From the NCBI GenBank assembly GCA_964202905.1, contig CAXNJO010000001.1, positions 416,001 to 480,000 on the forward strand: a stretch of DNA of 64,000 bases, in the 5' to 3' direction. Position 1 is the stretch's first letter, and each line of letters begins with the position of its first letter. The translations under genes were made by a program, and so were the position numbers. Origin of the DNA: Polyangiales bacterium (GTDB taxonomy: Bacteria; Myxococcota_A; Polyangia; Polyangiales; JADJQN01). Below, in pieces: positions 10,052-18,352 of the stretch. The notes under the pieces were generated by a model, which saw only the letters and a list, made by a program, of their open reading frames with translations, did not search any database and was not told where the DNA came from.

Positions 10052-11233
10052 TCAGCCGGCGTGCGCAGCGAGGCGCACGCGACGCCGACGCCGCCAGCGC
10101 CAGAGGAGCGTGAGCGTGACGAGCGGCGTGACGGCCGCGGCCGCAAACGCCGCCGGATACAGGTACTCGCGGGCCTGCCCGAAGCGCACGCGCGGCGGGC
10201 GCGGACGCTCGACCACGACGACCGGACCGGACGGCGGCGTGGCCTCTCCCTGACGGGTCTCGGCGACCGTGGCGCGCGGCGGCGGCGCGACGATGCCGAT
10301 GTGGTTCATCACCTCGCGCTCGTTGCCGCGGACGAAGACCTCCTCGGCGCCGTCGCCGCGCTGCCGGACGCGCGCGCCCGTTTGCCGCGCACGCGCCTCG
10401 CGCGACTCGCGTGCGCCGAGCCCGAGCTTGGCCTCCCAGCGGCCCCCCGATGGCGAGTTCACGATGCCGCCCTCTTCGGCCACGAACATCGCGCTCGAGC
10501 CGCCGCCGTCGAGGTTGAGCGCGCGGTCCGCGCCGAACTCCACGAACATCCGCGCGAGCTCGTAGAGGGTCATGCCGTGGCTGTGACCCTGGCGTCCATC
10601 GACCACGATCAGGATGACCTTCTTGCCATCTCTGGAGATGCCCACGGAGGAGCGCGGGTGCCGCAGGTTCGCGCTGTCGAAGGCGTCGAGCGAGACGAGG
10701 TCGAGCCGCCCGTCGCGCACCAGCATCGGCTGCCCGCTCACGGCCTCGCTGACACGCTCGAGCGCGATGCGGTCCTCGTCGAGCTCCGGCGCGCTGATCC
10801 ACGCACGCCCGCCGCGCGTCACCGCGAAGAAGCCGATCTCCGTGTCGTCCTCGCCATCGGGCCAGCGCGCGCCCCCACCCGCCGTGACGCCTTCGGCGTG
10901 CTGGAGCATCCCCCAGAACCCGCCGTTGGTCGCGGCCGCGAGGCGGTTGCGCGTCGCGTACTCGCTCACCGTGCTCCAGCGCTCCTCGTAAGGCGTCGCG
11001 CGGATGCGGACGCCGGGGTGCGCGAGGTCGACGACGAGCGCGTGGATGGTGCTCGGCAGCGTCGTCGTGCGGACGAGGTGGCGGACGCCGGGGTTCGGGT
11101 CGAGCCAGCGGTCGGTGTGCGCGACCGGCGGGCGACGACGCTCCTGCGCGGCCGCGCGAGCGCCGGGCGCACCGCAGACGGCGGCGAGCGCAAGGACGAC
11201 GAAAAGCGCCTGTGAAATCGGCGTGTTGACCAC
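10052..11233 (-). CDS. Phosphodiester glycosidase (NAGPA/DUF2233) family protein with signal peptide and C-terminal TM anchor
   Basis: AATNGGFW, SGQPMLVRDG, RHPRSSVG, VVDGRQ..SHGMT, ALNLDGGGSSAM, NSPS, EREVMN. Hydrophobic C-terminus followed by WRWRRRRR. Start approximate (GTG 11233). Confidence 0.88.
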   Translation of the reverse strand: MVNTPISQALFVVLALAAVCGAPGARAAAQERRRPPVAHTDRWLDPNPGVRHLVRTTTLPSTIHALVVDLAHPGVRIRATPYEERWSTVSEYATRNRLAAATNGGFWGMLQHAEGVTAGGGARWPDGEDDTEIGFFAVTRGGRAWISAPELDEDRIALERVSEAVSGQPMLVRDGRLDLVSLDAFDSANLRHPRSSVGISRDGKKVILIVVDGRQGHSHGMTLYELARMFVEFGADRALNLDGGGSSAMFVAEEGGIVNSPSGGRWEAKLGLGARESREARARQTGARVRQRGDGAEEVFVRGNEREVMNHIGIVAPPPRATVAETRQGEATPPSGPVVVVERPRPPRVRFGQAREYLYPAAFAAAAVTPLVTLTLLWRWRRRRRVRLAAHAG

Positions 11234-11439
11234 CGACGCACAGCCCGCGTGCGCTCCGCGGCGCGGGGCGCGGGTCACGCGGGACGGTGGCTCCTCCCGG
11301 CGGGCGCGGTGGGTACGGCGGCATGGACGCGGCGGATTATTCGCAAACGCGGCGTCCACGGCAAAGGAACCGCAGCCCGTGTCACTCTCTGGCCGCCGCC
11401 TGCGCGCCGGTGTACAGGCGAGCGCCTCGAGGCCCAAAC

Positions 11440-12798
11440 GTGCTTGCCGACGGAACCGCCCCACGCCCTGCACCGCGACGCGCGTCGCACCTCCGCGCCG
11501 CGCTCCTGCTCGCGCTCGGCGTCGGCGCCTGTGCCGGCAACTCGGGCGGCGGCGATCCCGGCCCCGCGCCCGCCGCGACACCGCGCGCACCGTCCCGCCC
11601 CGATCCCCGCGCCGCGGCCTCCCCCGCCGATCTCCCGGACGCGTCCCCCGCGGACGCCGCGTCTCAGGGCCCACACGACGGCGCGGCCGGCGGCGCGGAC
11701 GGGGGCGCGCTCGCAGACCCGCCCCCCGAGGGCCTGCGCGGCGGCGGCTGGTACTTCGAGGTCCCCGACGCCGACCTTCGCGAGCGCCTCGCGACGCAGC
11801 CGCTGCGCGAGGTCAAGCGCGGCTACGGCGGCCGCAGCGTCGCGTTCAAGATCACGCTCGAGGACGGCTCGCAGGGCTACTACAAGCCGGAGCAGCGCTT
11901 CTCGGCGGCGCACTGGTGGTCGGAGGTCGCCGCCTACCACCTCGACCGCGCGCTCGGCCTGCACCGCACGCCGCCCGTCGTCTCGCGCCGCCTGCCGTGG
12001 TCGGTGCTGCGCGCGGCGGCACCGGACGACGAACGCTTCGCGGAGGTGATCGTCGGCGACGACGGCACGGTGCGCGGCTGCTTCTCGTACTGGGTGCCCG
12101 ACCGCCTCGTGCCGATGCGCTTCGGGCGCGGCTGGGAGCGCTGGGTCCGCGTGCAGACGTGGCCGGAGACCGCCGTGTCCCCATTCCAGCGGCCGCGCGT
12201 CTACACGAACCGCCTCGCCGCGCAGCGCGCCGGCACGGACGCCGATGCAGGCGCGCCCCGTCCGGGCGCGGTGGGTCTCGCCCTGCCTTCGTCGCCGGAC
12301 GGCGAGAGCGAGCCCGGCTTCGCGACCACGACCGACCTCGCCGCCAACGAGCGCAACGACGAGGGGACGCAACTCCCGCTCGCGCCCGCGAGCCCCGACG
12401 AACCCGAGCGCGCCGCCGAGCTCTCCGACCTCGTCGTGTTCGATTACCTCACGCAGAACACCGATCGCTGGGGCGGCGGCAACGCGAACGTGCTCACGCG
12501 CGGCCACGGCGGCCGCATCGTCTTCCTCGACAACGCCGCGGGATTCCCCGACACGCCGAGCGTCTCGAGCGGCCTGATGGACGCGCGGCTCCGCGTGCTC
12601 CAGCGCTTCCGCCGACGCACGGTCGCCGCGCTCCGAGCGCTCGACGTCGCGCGGTTCGCGCAGCGCCTCGCGGGCGAACCGCTCGCGCCGATCCTCGGCG
12701 AACGCCAGATCGCGCAGCTCGAGACGCGGCGCCGCACGGTGCTCGAGCGCGTCGCCGAGCTCGAGGCGCGCTTCGGCAGCGCCGCGATCCTGCCCTGA
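11440..12798 (+). CDS. Exported lipoprotein atypical kinase, Four-jointed/Fam20-like
   Basis: Lipobox LGVGAC and Pro/Ala linker, then GYGGRS..FKITL..GYYKP, SEVAAYHLDRALG..RTPPVVSR, DLVVFDYLTQNTDR, IVFLDNAAGF. Start approximate. Confidence 0.75.
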   Translation: MLADGTAPRPAPRRASHLRAALLLALGVGACAGNSGGGDPGPAPAATPRAPSRPDPRAAASPADLPDASPADAASQGPHDGAAGGADGGALADPPPEGLRGGGWYFEVPDADLRERLATQPLREVKRGYGGRSVAFKITLEDGSQGYYKPEQRFSAAHWWSEVAAYHLDRALGLHRTPPVVSRRLPWSVLRAAAPDDERFAEVIVGDDGTVRGCFSYWVPDRLVPMRFGRGWERWVRVQTWPETAVSPFQRPRVYTNRLAAQRAGTDADAGAPRPGAVGLALPSSPDGESEPGFATTTDLAANERNDEGTQLPLAPASPDEPERAAELSDLVVFDYLTQNTDRWGGGNANVLTRGHGGRIVFLDNAAGFPDTPSVSSGLMDARLRVLQRFRRRTVAALRALDVARFAQRLAGEPLAPILGERQIAQLETRRRTVLERVAELEARFGSAAILP

Positions 12799-12846
12799 CG
12801 GCGGCGAGCGCTCGCCCGTCGCGCGGTGCGCACGCGCGGGGTGCGC

Positions 12847-13074
12847 TCAGTGCGCGGGCGGCGTGGGCTGCTCGGCGCGGGGCGTCAGGTGCATGCCGCA
12901 CACCGGACAATCGCCCGGCCCGACGTGCGAGTAGGGCGTCGCCTCGCCGGGCTTGATGCACTGCATCGGGCACTCGTAGACGCGCGTGTCGGCTTGCGCG
13001 GGGGCGGCCTCGGCCCCGCTCGCGCCGCCGCACGCCGCAGCCACCGGGAGCAGGATCGCGAAGAGGAATCGCAT
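12847..13074 (-). CDS. Small lipoprotein with heavy-metal-binding domain (YxCPM...PGxCPxCGMxL)
   Basis: Lipobox AAAC; YECPMQC...GPGDCPVCGMHLTP. Confidence 0.8.
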   Translation of the reverse strand: MRFLFAILLPVAAACGGASGAEAAPAQADTRVYECPMQCIKPGEATPYSHVGPGDCPVCGMHLTPRAEQPTPPAH

Positions 13075-13343
13075 CGGGAGGCGGGACATCCCGCGTGACT
13101 AGCACGACGCGCCCCGGCCAGGCGAGTCCGCCGGCGCGCCCCGACACGCCGGCCACCCGAGCCGCCACCGCCGCGGTCCACGGCGTCGGGCGCGGGCGGC
13201 GCCGTGGCGCGAACACCAAGAAAAGCGCCTACATTCGGGGACTTCGAGGATGTGATGCGGCCGCCGCGGAGCGCGTCCGATCCCCTCGTGGAGAGGCCGC
13301 CGACCCGCTACCCCGCGGCACGCCGCGTGCTCTCCACGGCGGC

Positions 13344-13607
13344 ATGACCCACGACGACGTCTACGACGACGACACCCAGGTCACCCCGGTCGGCCGGCCC
13401 GGCGAGGACGCGCCGCCCGCCCTCCCCTTCGCGCTCCGGCGCCGCGTGCGCGACGACGAGACCTGGCTCGCCTCGCTGCCCGACGCGGCGCGCGCGGTGC
13501 TCGAGGCGGCCCGCGACGCCTCGCACGTCGCACCGGCCGCAGCGCGACCTCCGGGATCCGTCGCGCGCCCACTGCCGCGCATCCCCTCGCTGCGCGCCCC
13601 ACGCTGA
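13344..13607 (+). CDS. Small hypothetical protein
   Basis: ATG 13344 opens MTHDDVYDDDTQVTP...; fills the gap before a convergent gene. Weak support. Confidence 0.4.
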   Translation: MTHDDVYDDDTQVTPVGRPGEDAPPALPFALRRRVRDDETWLASLPDAARAVLEAARDASHVAPAAARPPGSVARPLPRIPSLRAPR

Positions 13608-13623
13608 GGGCGCGTCCGCGCGG

Positions 13624-15519
13624 TCAGCGCCCCTGCGCGCGCCCGGCGTCCTCGACGCGCACCTGCACGGGCGCCGACATCGGATCGTCCGGCTCCGGCC
13701 GCGCCCCGCTCTGGCGCAGCACCCCGAGCCGCAGCCCGCGGGCGACGACGAGCGCGCGCAACCCCGGTTCGAGCGGGTGCACGCTTTGCGCACGGTCCCC
13801 GCGCCGCAGGTGCGCGGGGGAGAGCACGCCGTCCATCCACAGATCCACGCGGCGCGGACGCCAGCCGACACCGAGTCGCAGCACGAGGTCGCTCGGGCAG
13901 CCGCCGCGCGCCGCGAGATCGAGCGTCAGCACGTCGCCCCGCAGCGTCGCGGCCTCGACCGCGAGGCAATCGCAGAGCGCGACGCCGCCCTCCGGATCCG
14001 TGCGTCCGCGCAGGTAGCGCCCCGCCGCGCCGCCCCGCGGATCGGCCCCGCGCGCGAGCAGCAGCAGGGAGGACGTCGCGTGGACGACGCCGTACTTCTC
14101 CTTCGCAACCCAGTCCCGCACGAGCGGCTCCTCGTCGGTCCGGATGAGCGACTCCCGGTGACGGAAACGCGCGCGGTGCCGCACATCCAGCACGACGTAC
14201 TCGGCGGCGCGGTCGGGCGGCGGCCCGCGCAGCACGCTCCTGCGCTCCGCGAGGTGCGGGAGCAGCGCGTCGGGCGCCTGCACGCTGCGCGTCGCGGGGA
14301 TGCGCGCGACCACGCTCTCGGCATCGCGCGTGAAGGCATCCGCGCGGAAGGCCGACATGGGGAAATCGCGCGAGAGCGGCGTGCCCCCCGCGAGCACGTG
14401 GCCCAGCAGGGCCGGCACGCCGAGCAGAGCCGGCGCGAGGCGCGACGTCACTGCGCGCGACGCGCCCGGACGCGCTCGGAGACGCGCGACGAGGTGGGCC
14501 ATCCCCTCAATCGCCGCGGCGAGCACGAATGGCAGCGCGGGCGTGAGGTAGTGCGACGCGAGGTCGAGCGTCGTCGGGAAATGCGAGACGAGGTTCACGG
14601 CCAGCGCGGGGAGCGCGGGGATCAGCCAGCGCGGGCGCAGCAGCGGCCAGACCAGCCCGACGGGCGCGAGGACGGTGACGCCGTAGAGCAGCCGGCGCGG
14701 CGCGACGAGGTGCTCTGCGAGGTCGCCAGGGTGCGAGAGCAGGTGCCGCGCGACCTCCGGGAAGCTGTTCCCCCAGCGACCGAAGTGCAGCTGCAGGGAG
14801 CCCACCGGCGGTGCGTACCGCGGGTGCAGGACGAGCAGAAAGTAGAGCAGATACGCGGCGCTGCCGAGCACACCGGCGAGCGCGAGGCCGACCGCACGAC
14901 GCCGCTCGCCCGGCGGCACCGCGCCGCGCGCGAACGCCACCGCGCCGACGGCGCAGGCCGCGGCCGTCATCGTCGCGAGGTCTTCGCGGCACGCGAGCGT
15001 CGCCACCACGCAGGCGAGCGCCGTGCGCGGCGCGCCACGATCGAGCGCGTCGACGAGCCAGGCGAGGGGCAGGACGGCGAGCGTGCCGGGATGGAACTCG
15101 TAGGGCACCACGTGCCCGAGGTTCGGCTGCAGCAGCCAGGCGAGCCCCGCCGCGAGGTACGCCGGCGGTCCGAGCCGCCGCCCTGCGAGCCGCGCGAGCG
15201 GGAACGCCGTCGCCGCGTACGCAGCCGCCTGCGCGGCGAGCAACACCGGCACCGTCCCGAACGCACGCCCGAGCACGCCGAGCGGCAGGAGCACCACCGA
15301 GAGGTGCAGCCCTGCGACGTGCGCGCCCACGATCGACTCGCGCGGGTCGTACCGCACGAGCCCCCACGCGATGCGCGTGTAGAACGCGAGGTCGAAGGTG
15401 CGATTGTGATACGTCGCGTAGCGCTGCCAGGACAGCGCGAGCAACCCCACGCCCGCGGCCGCAGCGAGCGCCAGCAGGGCGCCGCGTGCGCGCCGCGCGA
15501 GCTGGGCGTCCGCATCCAT
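13624..15519 (-). CDS. DUF2079-family polytopic membrane protein (GT-C-like)
   Basis: TFDLAFY, GLHLS, YEFHP, LACRED, HYLTP, LLPHLAERR; many TM segments. Confidence 0.8.
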   Translation of the reverse strand: MDADAQLARRARGALLALAAAAGVGLLALSWQRYATYHNRTFDLAFYTRIAWGLVRYDPRESIVGAHVAGLHLSVVLLPLGVLGRAFGTVPVLLAAQAAAYAATAFPLARLAGRRLGPPAYLAAGLAWLLQPNLGHVVPYEFHPGTLAVLPLAWLVDALDRGAPRTALACVVATLACREDLATMTAAACAVGAVAFARGAVPPGERRRAVGLALAGVLGSAAYLLYFLLVLHPRYAPPVGSLQLHFGRWGNSFPEVARHLLSHPGDLAEHLVAPRRLLYGVTVLAPVGLVWPLLRPRWLIPALPALAVNLVSHFPTTLDLASHYLTPALPFVLAAAIEGMAHLVARLRARPGASRAVTSRLAPALLGVPALLGHVLAGGTPLSRDFPMSAFRADAFTRDAESVVARIPATRSVQAPDALLPHLAERRSVLRGPPPDRAAEYVVLDVRHRARFRHRESLIRTDEEPLVRDWVAKEKYGVVHATSSLLLLARGADPRGGAAGRYLRGRTDPEGGVALCDCLAVEAATLRGDVLTLDLAARGGCPSDLVLRLGVGWRPRRVDLWMDGVLSPAHLRRGDRAQSVHPLEPGLRALVVARGLRLGVLRQSGARPEPDDPMSAPVQVRVEDAGRAQGR

Positions 15520-15612
15520 CGGGGCGCGAGCATAGCGGCCGCGGCGTTCACGGCACGCCCTTCGCGCGCCGCGATTGACGCCATCGGTGCGTCGGCCTAT
15601 GCCGACGCCGCG

Positions 15613-16248
15613 ATGGATCCCGCCTCCTCCCGCGGCCTCTACGTGCTCATCGATCCGGAGCACACGCGCGGTCGCGACCCTGCGCAGGTCGCGCGCGCGG
15701 CGCTCGCCGGTGGCTGCGCCGTCCTGCAGCTCCGCGCCAAGCGCCTGCCCGACGCCGCGCGCCTCGCCCTCGCCGGCCAACTCCGCGCGCTCGCGCACGC
15801 CGCAGGCATCCCCTTCGTCGTGAACGATCGGGTCGATCTCGCGCTCCTCACGGACGCCGACGGCGTCCACCTCGGCCAGGACGACCTGCCCCCGGCGTTG
15901 GCGCGCCGCCTCGCGCCGCGGCTCTCGATCGGCCTCTCGACGCACTCGCTCGCCCAGGCGCTCGAGGGCGCGCGCGCCGGGGCCGCGCTGCTCGGTTTCG
16001 GGCCCGTCTTCGACACTCGCTCGAAGGAGCGCCCCGACCCGACGGTGGGCCTCGCCGCGCTCGCCGAGGTGGTGCGCCGGGTGGAGCTGCCGGTCGTCGC
16101 GATCGGCGGGATCCAGCTGGCCAACGCCGCCGCGGTGGCCGCGACGGGCGCGCGGTTCGGCGCGGTCATCGGCGCCGTCGGCGAGGCGGACGACCCGGAG
16201 TCCGCGGCCCGCGCGCTCCACGCCGCGCTCGGCGGACGCGCGCGATGA
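15613..16248 (+). CDS. thiE: Thiamine-phosphate synthase
   Basis: LQLRAK, VNDRVDLA, DGVHLGQDD, IGLSTHS, GPVFDTRSK, VAIGGI. Confidence 0.93.
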   Translation: MDPASSRGLYVLIDPEHTRGRDPAQVARAALAGGCAVLQLRAKRLPDAARLALAGQLRALAHAAGIPFVVNDRVDLALLTDADGVHLGQDDLPPALARRLAPRLSIGLSTHSLAQALEGARAGAALLGFGPVFDTRSKERPDPTVGLAALAEVVRRVELPVVAIGGIQLANAAAVAATGARFGAVIGAVGEADDPESAARALHAALGGRAR

Positions 16249-16838
16249 TCCTCGAGGTCCTCGCGGCCTCCGCCGGACTCGGCGCGCTCGCGTTCGTGAT
16301 CGGACGCCGCGCGCGCCAGCGGCGTCGCACGGCGGCACGCGCGGCCACGGCGCGCAGCGGCGCAGCCGGCACGGCGACACCGCGCGGTCTGCGCGTCGGC
16401 GATGTGCTCCTCGACGCCGACGCCGAACATTGGCTCGCAGGGGCCCTCCACCTCGAGGAGGACGGGCTCGTGATGCGCCTCTTCCGCTGCCCCGGGCACG
16501 CCACCGCGCCCTGGCTCGCGCAGCTCGACGCGGCGGGGGACGACCTCGCGCGCTTGCACCCGACGACCGAAGTCCCCGACGGCGCCGTGCCGGACGCCCT
16601 CCCTGTCGCCGGCCTGCGCTACGCGCTGCGACGGCGCGGCGAGGCGCGCGTCACGCGCGAGGGGAGCGATGTGCCCCGCGGCGTGTACCGCGCGCGATAC
16701 ATCGAGCTCCGCGGCCCAGGCGGTCGCGCGCTCCTCGTCCTCGACCTCGATGACGGCACGCGGCTCGCGTTGGTCGGCGAGCGCGTCGAACGCGAACGCC
16801 TCGACCTGCTCCCCGGCGGCGACGCCCCCGAGCGCTGA
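16245..16838 (+). CDS. Hypothetical membrane-anchored protein (possibly DUF4178-like)
   Basis: N-terminal TM, LRVGDV motif; start overlaps the thiE stop (ATGA). Confidence 0.6.
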   Translation: MILEVLAASAGLGALAFVIGRRARQRRRTAARAATARSGAAGTATPRGLRVGDVLLDADAEHWLAGALHLEEDGLVMRLFRCPGHATAPWLAQLDAAGDDLARLHPTTEVPDGAVPDALPVAGLRYALRRRGEARVTREGSDVPRGVYRARYIELRGPGGRALLVLDLDDGTRLALVGERVERERLDLLPGGDAPER

Positions 16839-16854
16839 CGCGCCGCGCGCGCCC

Positions 16855-17622
16855 TCAGGCGCTCTTGCGCGCCTGAATCCCCTCGAAGTGGCGCACCGAG
16901 CTCTCCACCGAGCCGACGAGCGCGTCGTGCACGAGGGTCGCGACGCCGTTCGGGTTGGACTTGAGCGCTTCGTAGTAGCGCTGCCGCTCGGTCGCGTGGA
17001 TCACCGCGGGCGGGTAGCCATGGCGCAACAGGATCAGGTTCATGAAGAGGCGCGCGACCTTGCCGTTGTGCTTCGGGAAAGGCGAGATCGCGAGGAGCTT
17101 GTGGTGCGCCTTCGCCGCGAGCCGCACGGGGTGCGTCTTCGCCTTCTTCTCTTCGTCGATCCACTTGAACAGCGCGACGATCGCCGGGGCGATCTTGTCG
17201 GGCGTCGCGATCTCGTGGAAGTAGATGCGGTGCACGGGCATGTCCTTGCGGTACTGGACCTTGCCCTTGTTCTGCTCGACTTCGTCCGGTGCGAGCGTGC
17301 CGTAGATGCGGCGCAGCGTCTCGAGATCGACGGGCAAGCGCTTCTTCTCGCCGAGCTCGCGCACGAGGTCGATCGCGGCCTTGTGCTGGCGGATCTCGTC
17401 GTAGGCGGGGAGGAGCGTGCTGTCCGACGCGAGCTTCGGGTCGAGGGCCACCGTCAGCTCCGGGAAGCTGTGCACGACGCCCTCGAGCGCGCTGTCGTGG
17501 TGGACCCACGACATGTCGAAGCGTTGCTGGAAGTCGTGCAGGTCCACCTCGTCGACATCGGCGAGGAGCTCGTTCAAGCGAGCGACCTTCTCTTCGATGC
17601 TACCCGTTCGTGGTGCCTGCAC
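16855..17622 (-). CDS. Fic-domain protein with non-canonical active-site motif
   Basis: HHDSALEG inhibitory-helix-like motif; SPFPKHNGKVARLFMN in place of HPFxDGNGRxxR; RQRYYEAL. GTG start preceded by GGAGG. Confidence 0.85.
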   Translation of the reverse strand: MQAPRTGSIEEKVARLNELLADVDEVDLHDFQQRFDMSWVHHDSALEGVVHSFPELTVALDPKLASDSTLLPAYDEIRQHKAAIDLVRELGEKKRLPVDLETLRRIYGTLAPDEVEQNKGKVQYRKDMPVHRIYFHEIATPDKIAPAIVALFKWIDEEKKAKTHPVRLAAKAHHKLLAISPFPKHNGKVARLFMNLILLRHGYPPAVIHATERQRYYEALKSNPNGVATLVHDALVGSVESSVRHFEGIQARKSA

Positions 17623-17725
17623 GTCTCGACCTCCGCCACCAGCAGCCGGTATCACGGCGAGCACCCCCGCCCACGCGTGAACACCCGCCAAAGAGGCCGA
17701 ACCGTGCGCCAACACAAAGGAAAAG

Positions 17726-18352
17726 TCAATGTTGCGGGCCCGCGGTGGGGGGCCGGGCAAGGAGCGCCTCGAGGCGCCGGACGAGCGCCGCTTCGTCGGG
17801 CACCCCCGTCTCGACCCCGCGCACGACGCCCTCCCGGTCGAGGAACACGAGCGTCGGCAGCGCCTCGACGCGGTAGGCCGCGCGCAGCGTGCCCGCGCGG
17901 TCGGCCACGCTCGGGAAGCCCGCGCCGAGGCGCCGGTGCGCGAGCCGCAGCGCCACGTCGGGCAACCCCGGCGCGTCGACGTCCACGCCCACGAAGGTGA
18001 CGCCACGCGCGCGGAGACGCGCCGCGACCCGGCCGAGGATCGGCGTCGACACCCGGCATGGACCGCACCAGGTCGCCCAGAAATCGAGCACGACGACCTC
18101 GCCTTGGAGGCCCGCGAGGTGGATGAGGTCGCCCGCCTCGGCGCCGTCTCCCGCGGCCACGGGCAGCGTGAAGTGCGGCGCCGCGAGCCCCTCGAGCGGA
18201 TGCCGGTTGCTGCATTGCGACACCCAGAGCGCGCCCACGCCGATCGCGAGAAGCGCGAGGAGCGCCTGCGCTCCGCGGCCACCGCCGCCCGTCTCGCCGG
18301 CTACGGGCGCCCGGCGCGGTCCATCCTCGGGGAGTCGAGGGGGCTCGGTCAT
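17726..18352 (-). CDS. TlpA/ResA-like membrane-anchored thioredoxin
   Basis: VVVLDFWATWCGPC, YRVEALPTLVFLDREG; N-terminal TM. Confidence 0.9.
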   Translation of the reverse strand: MTEPPRLPEDGPRRAPVAGETGGGGRGAQALLALLAIGVGALWVSQCSNRHPLEGLAAPHFTLPVAAGDGAEAGDLIHLAGLQGEVVVLDFWATWCGPCRVSTPILGRVAARLRARGVTFVGVDVDAPGLPDVALRLAHRRLGAGFPSVADRAGTLRAAYRVEALPTLVFLDREGVVRGVETGVPDEAALVRRLEALLARPPTAGPQH

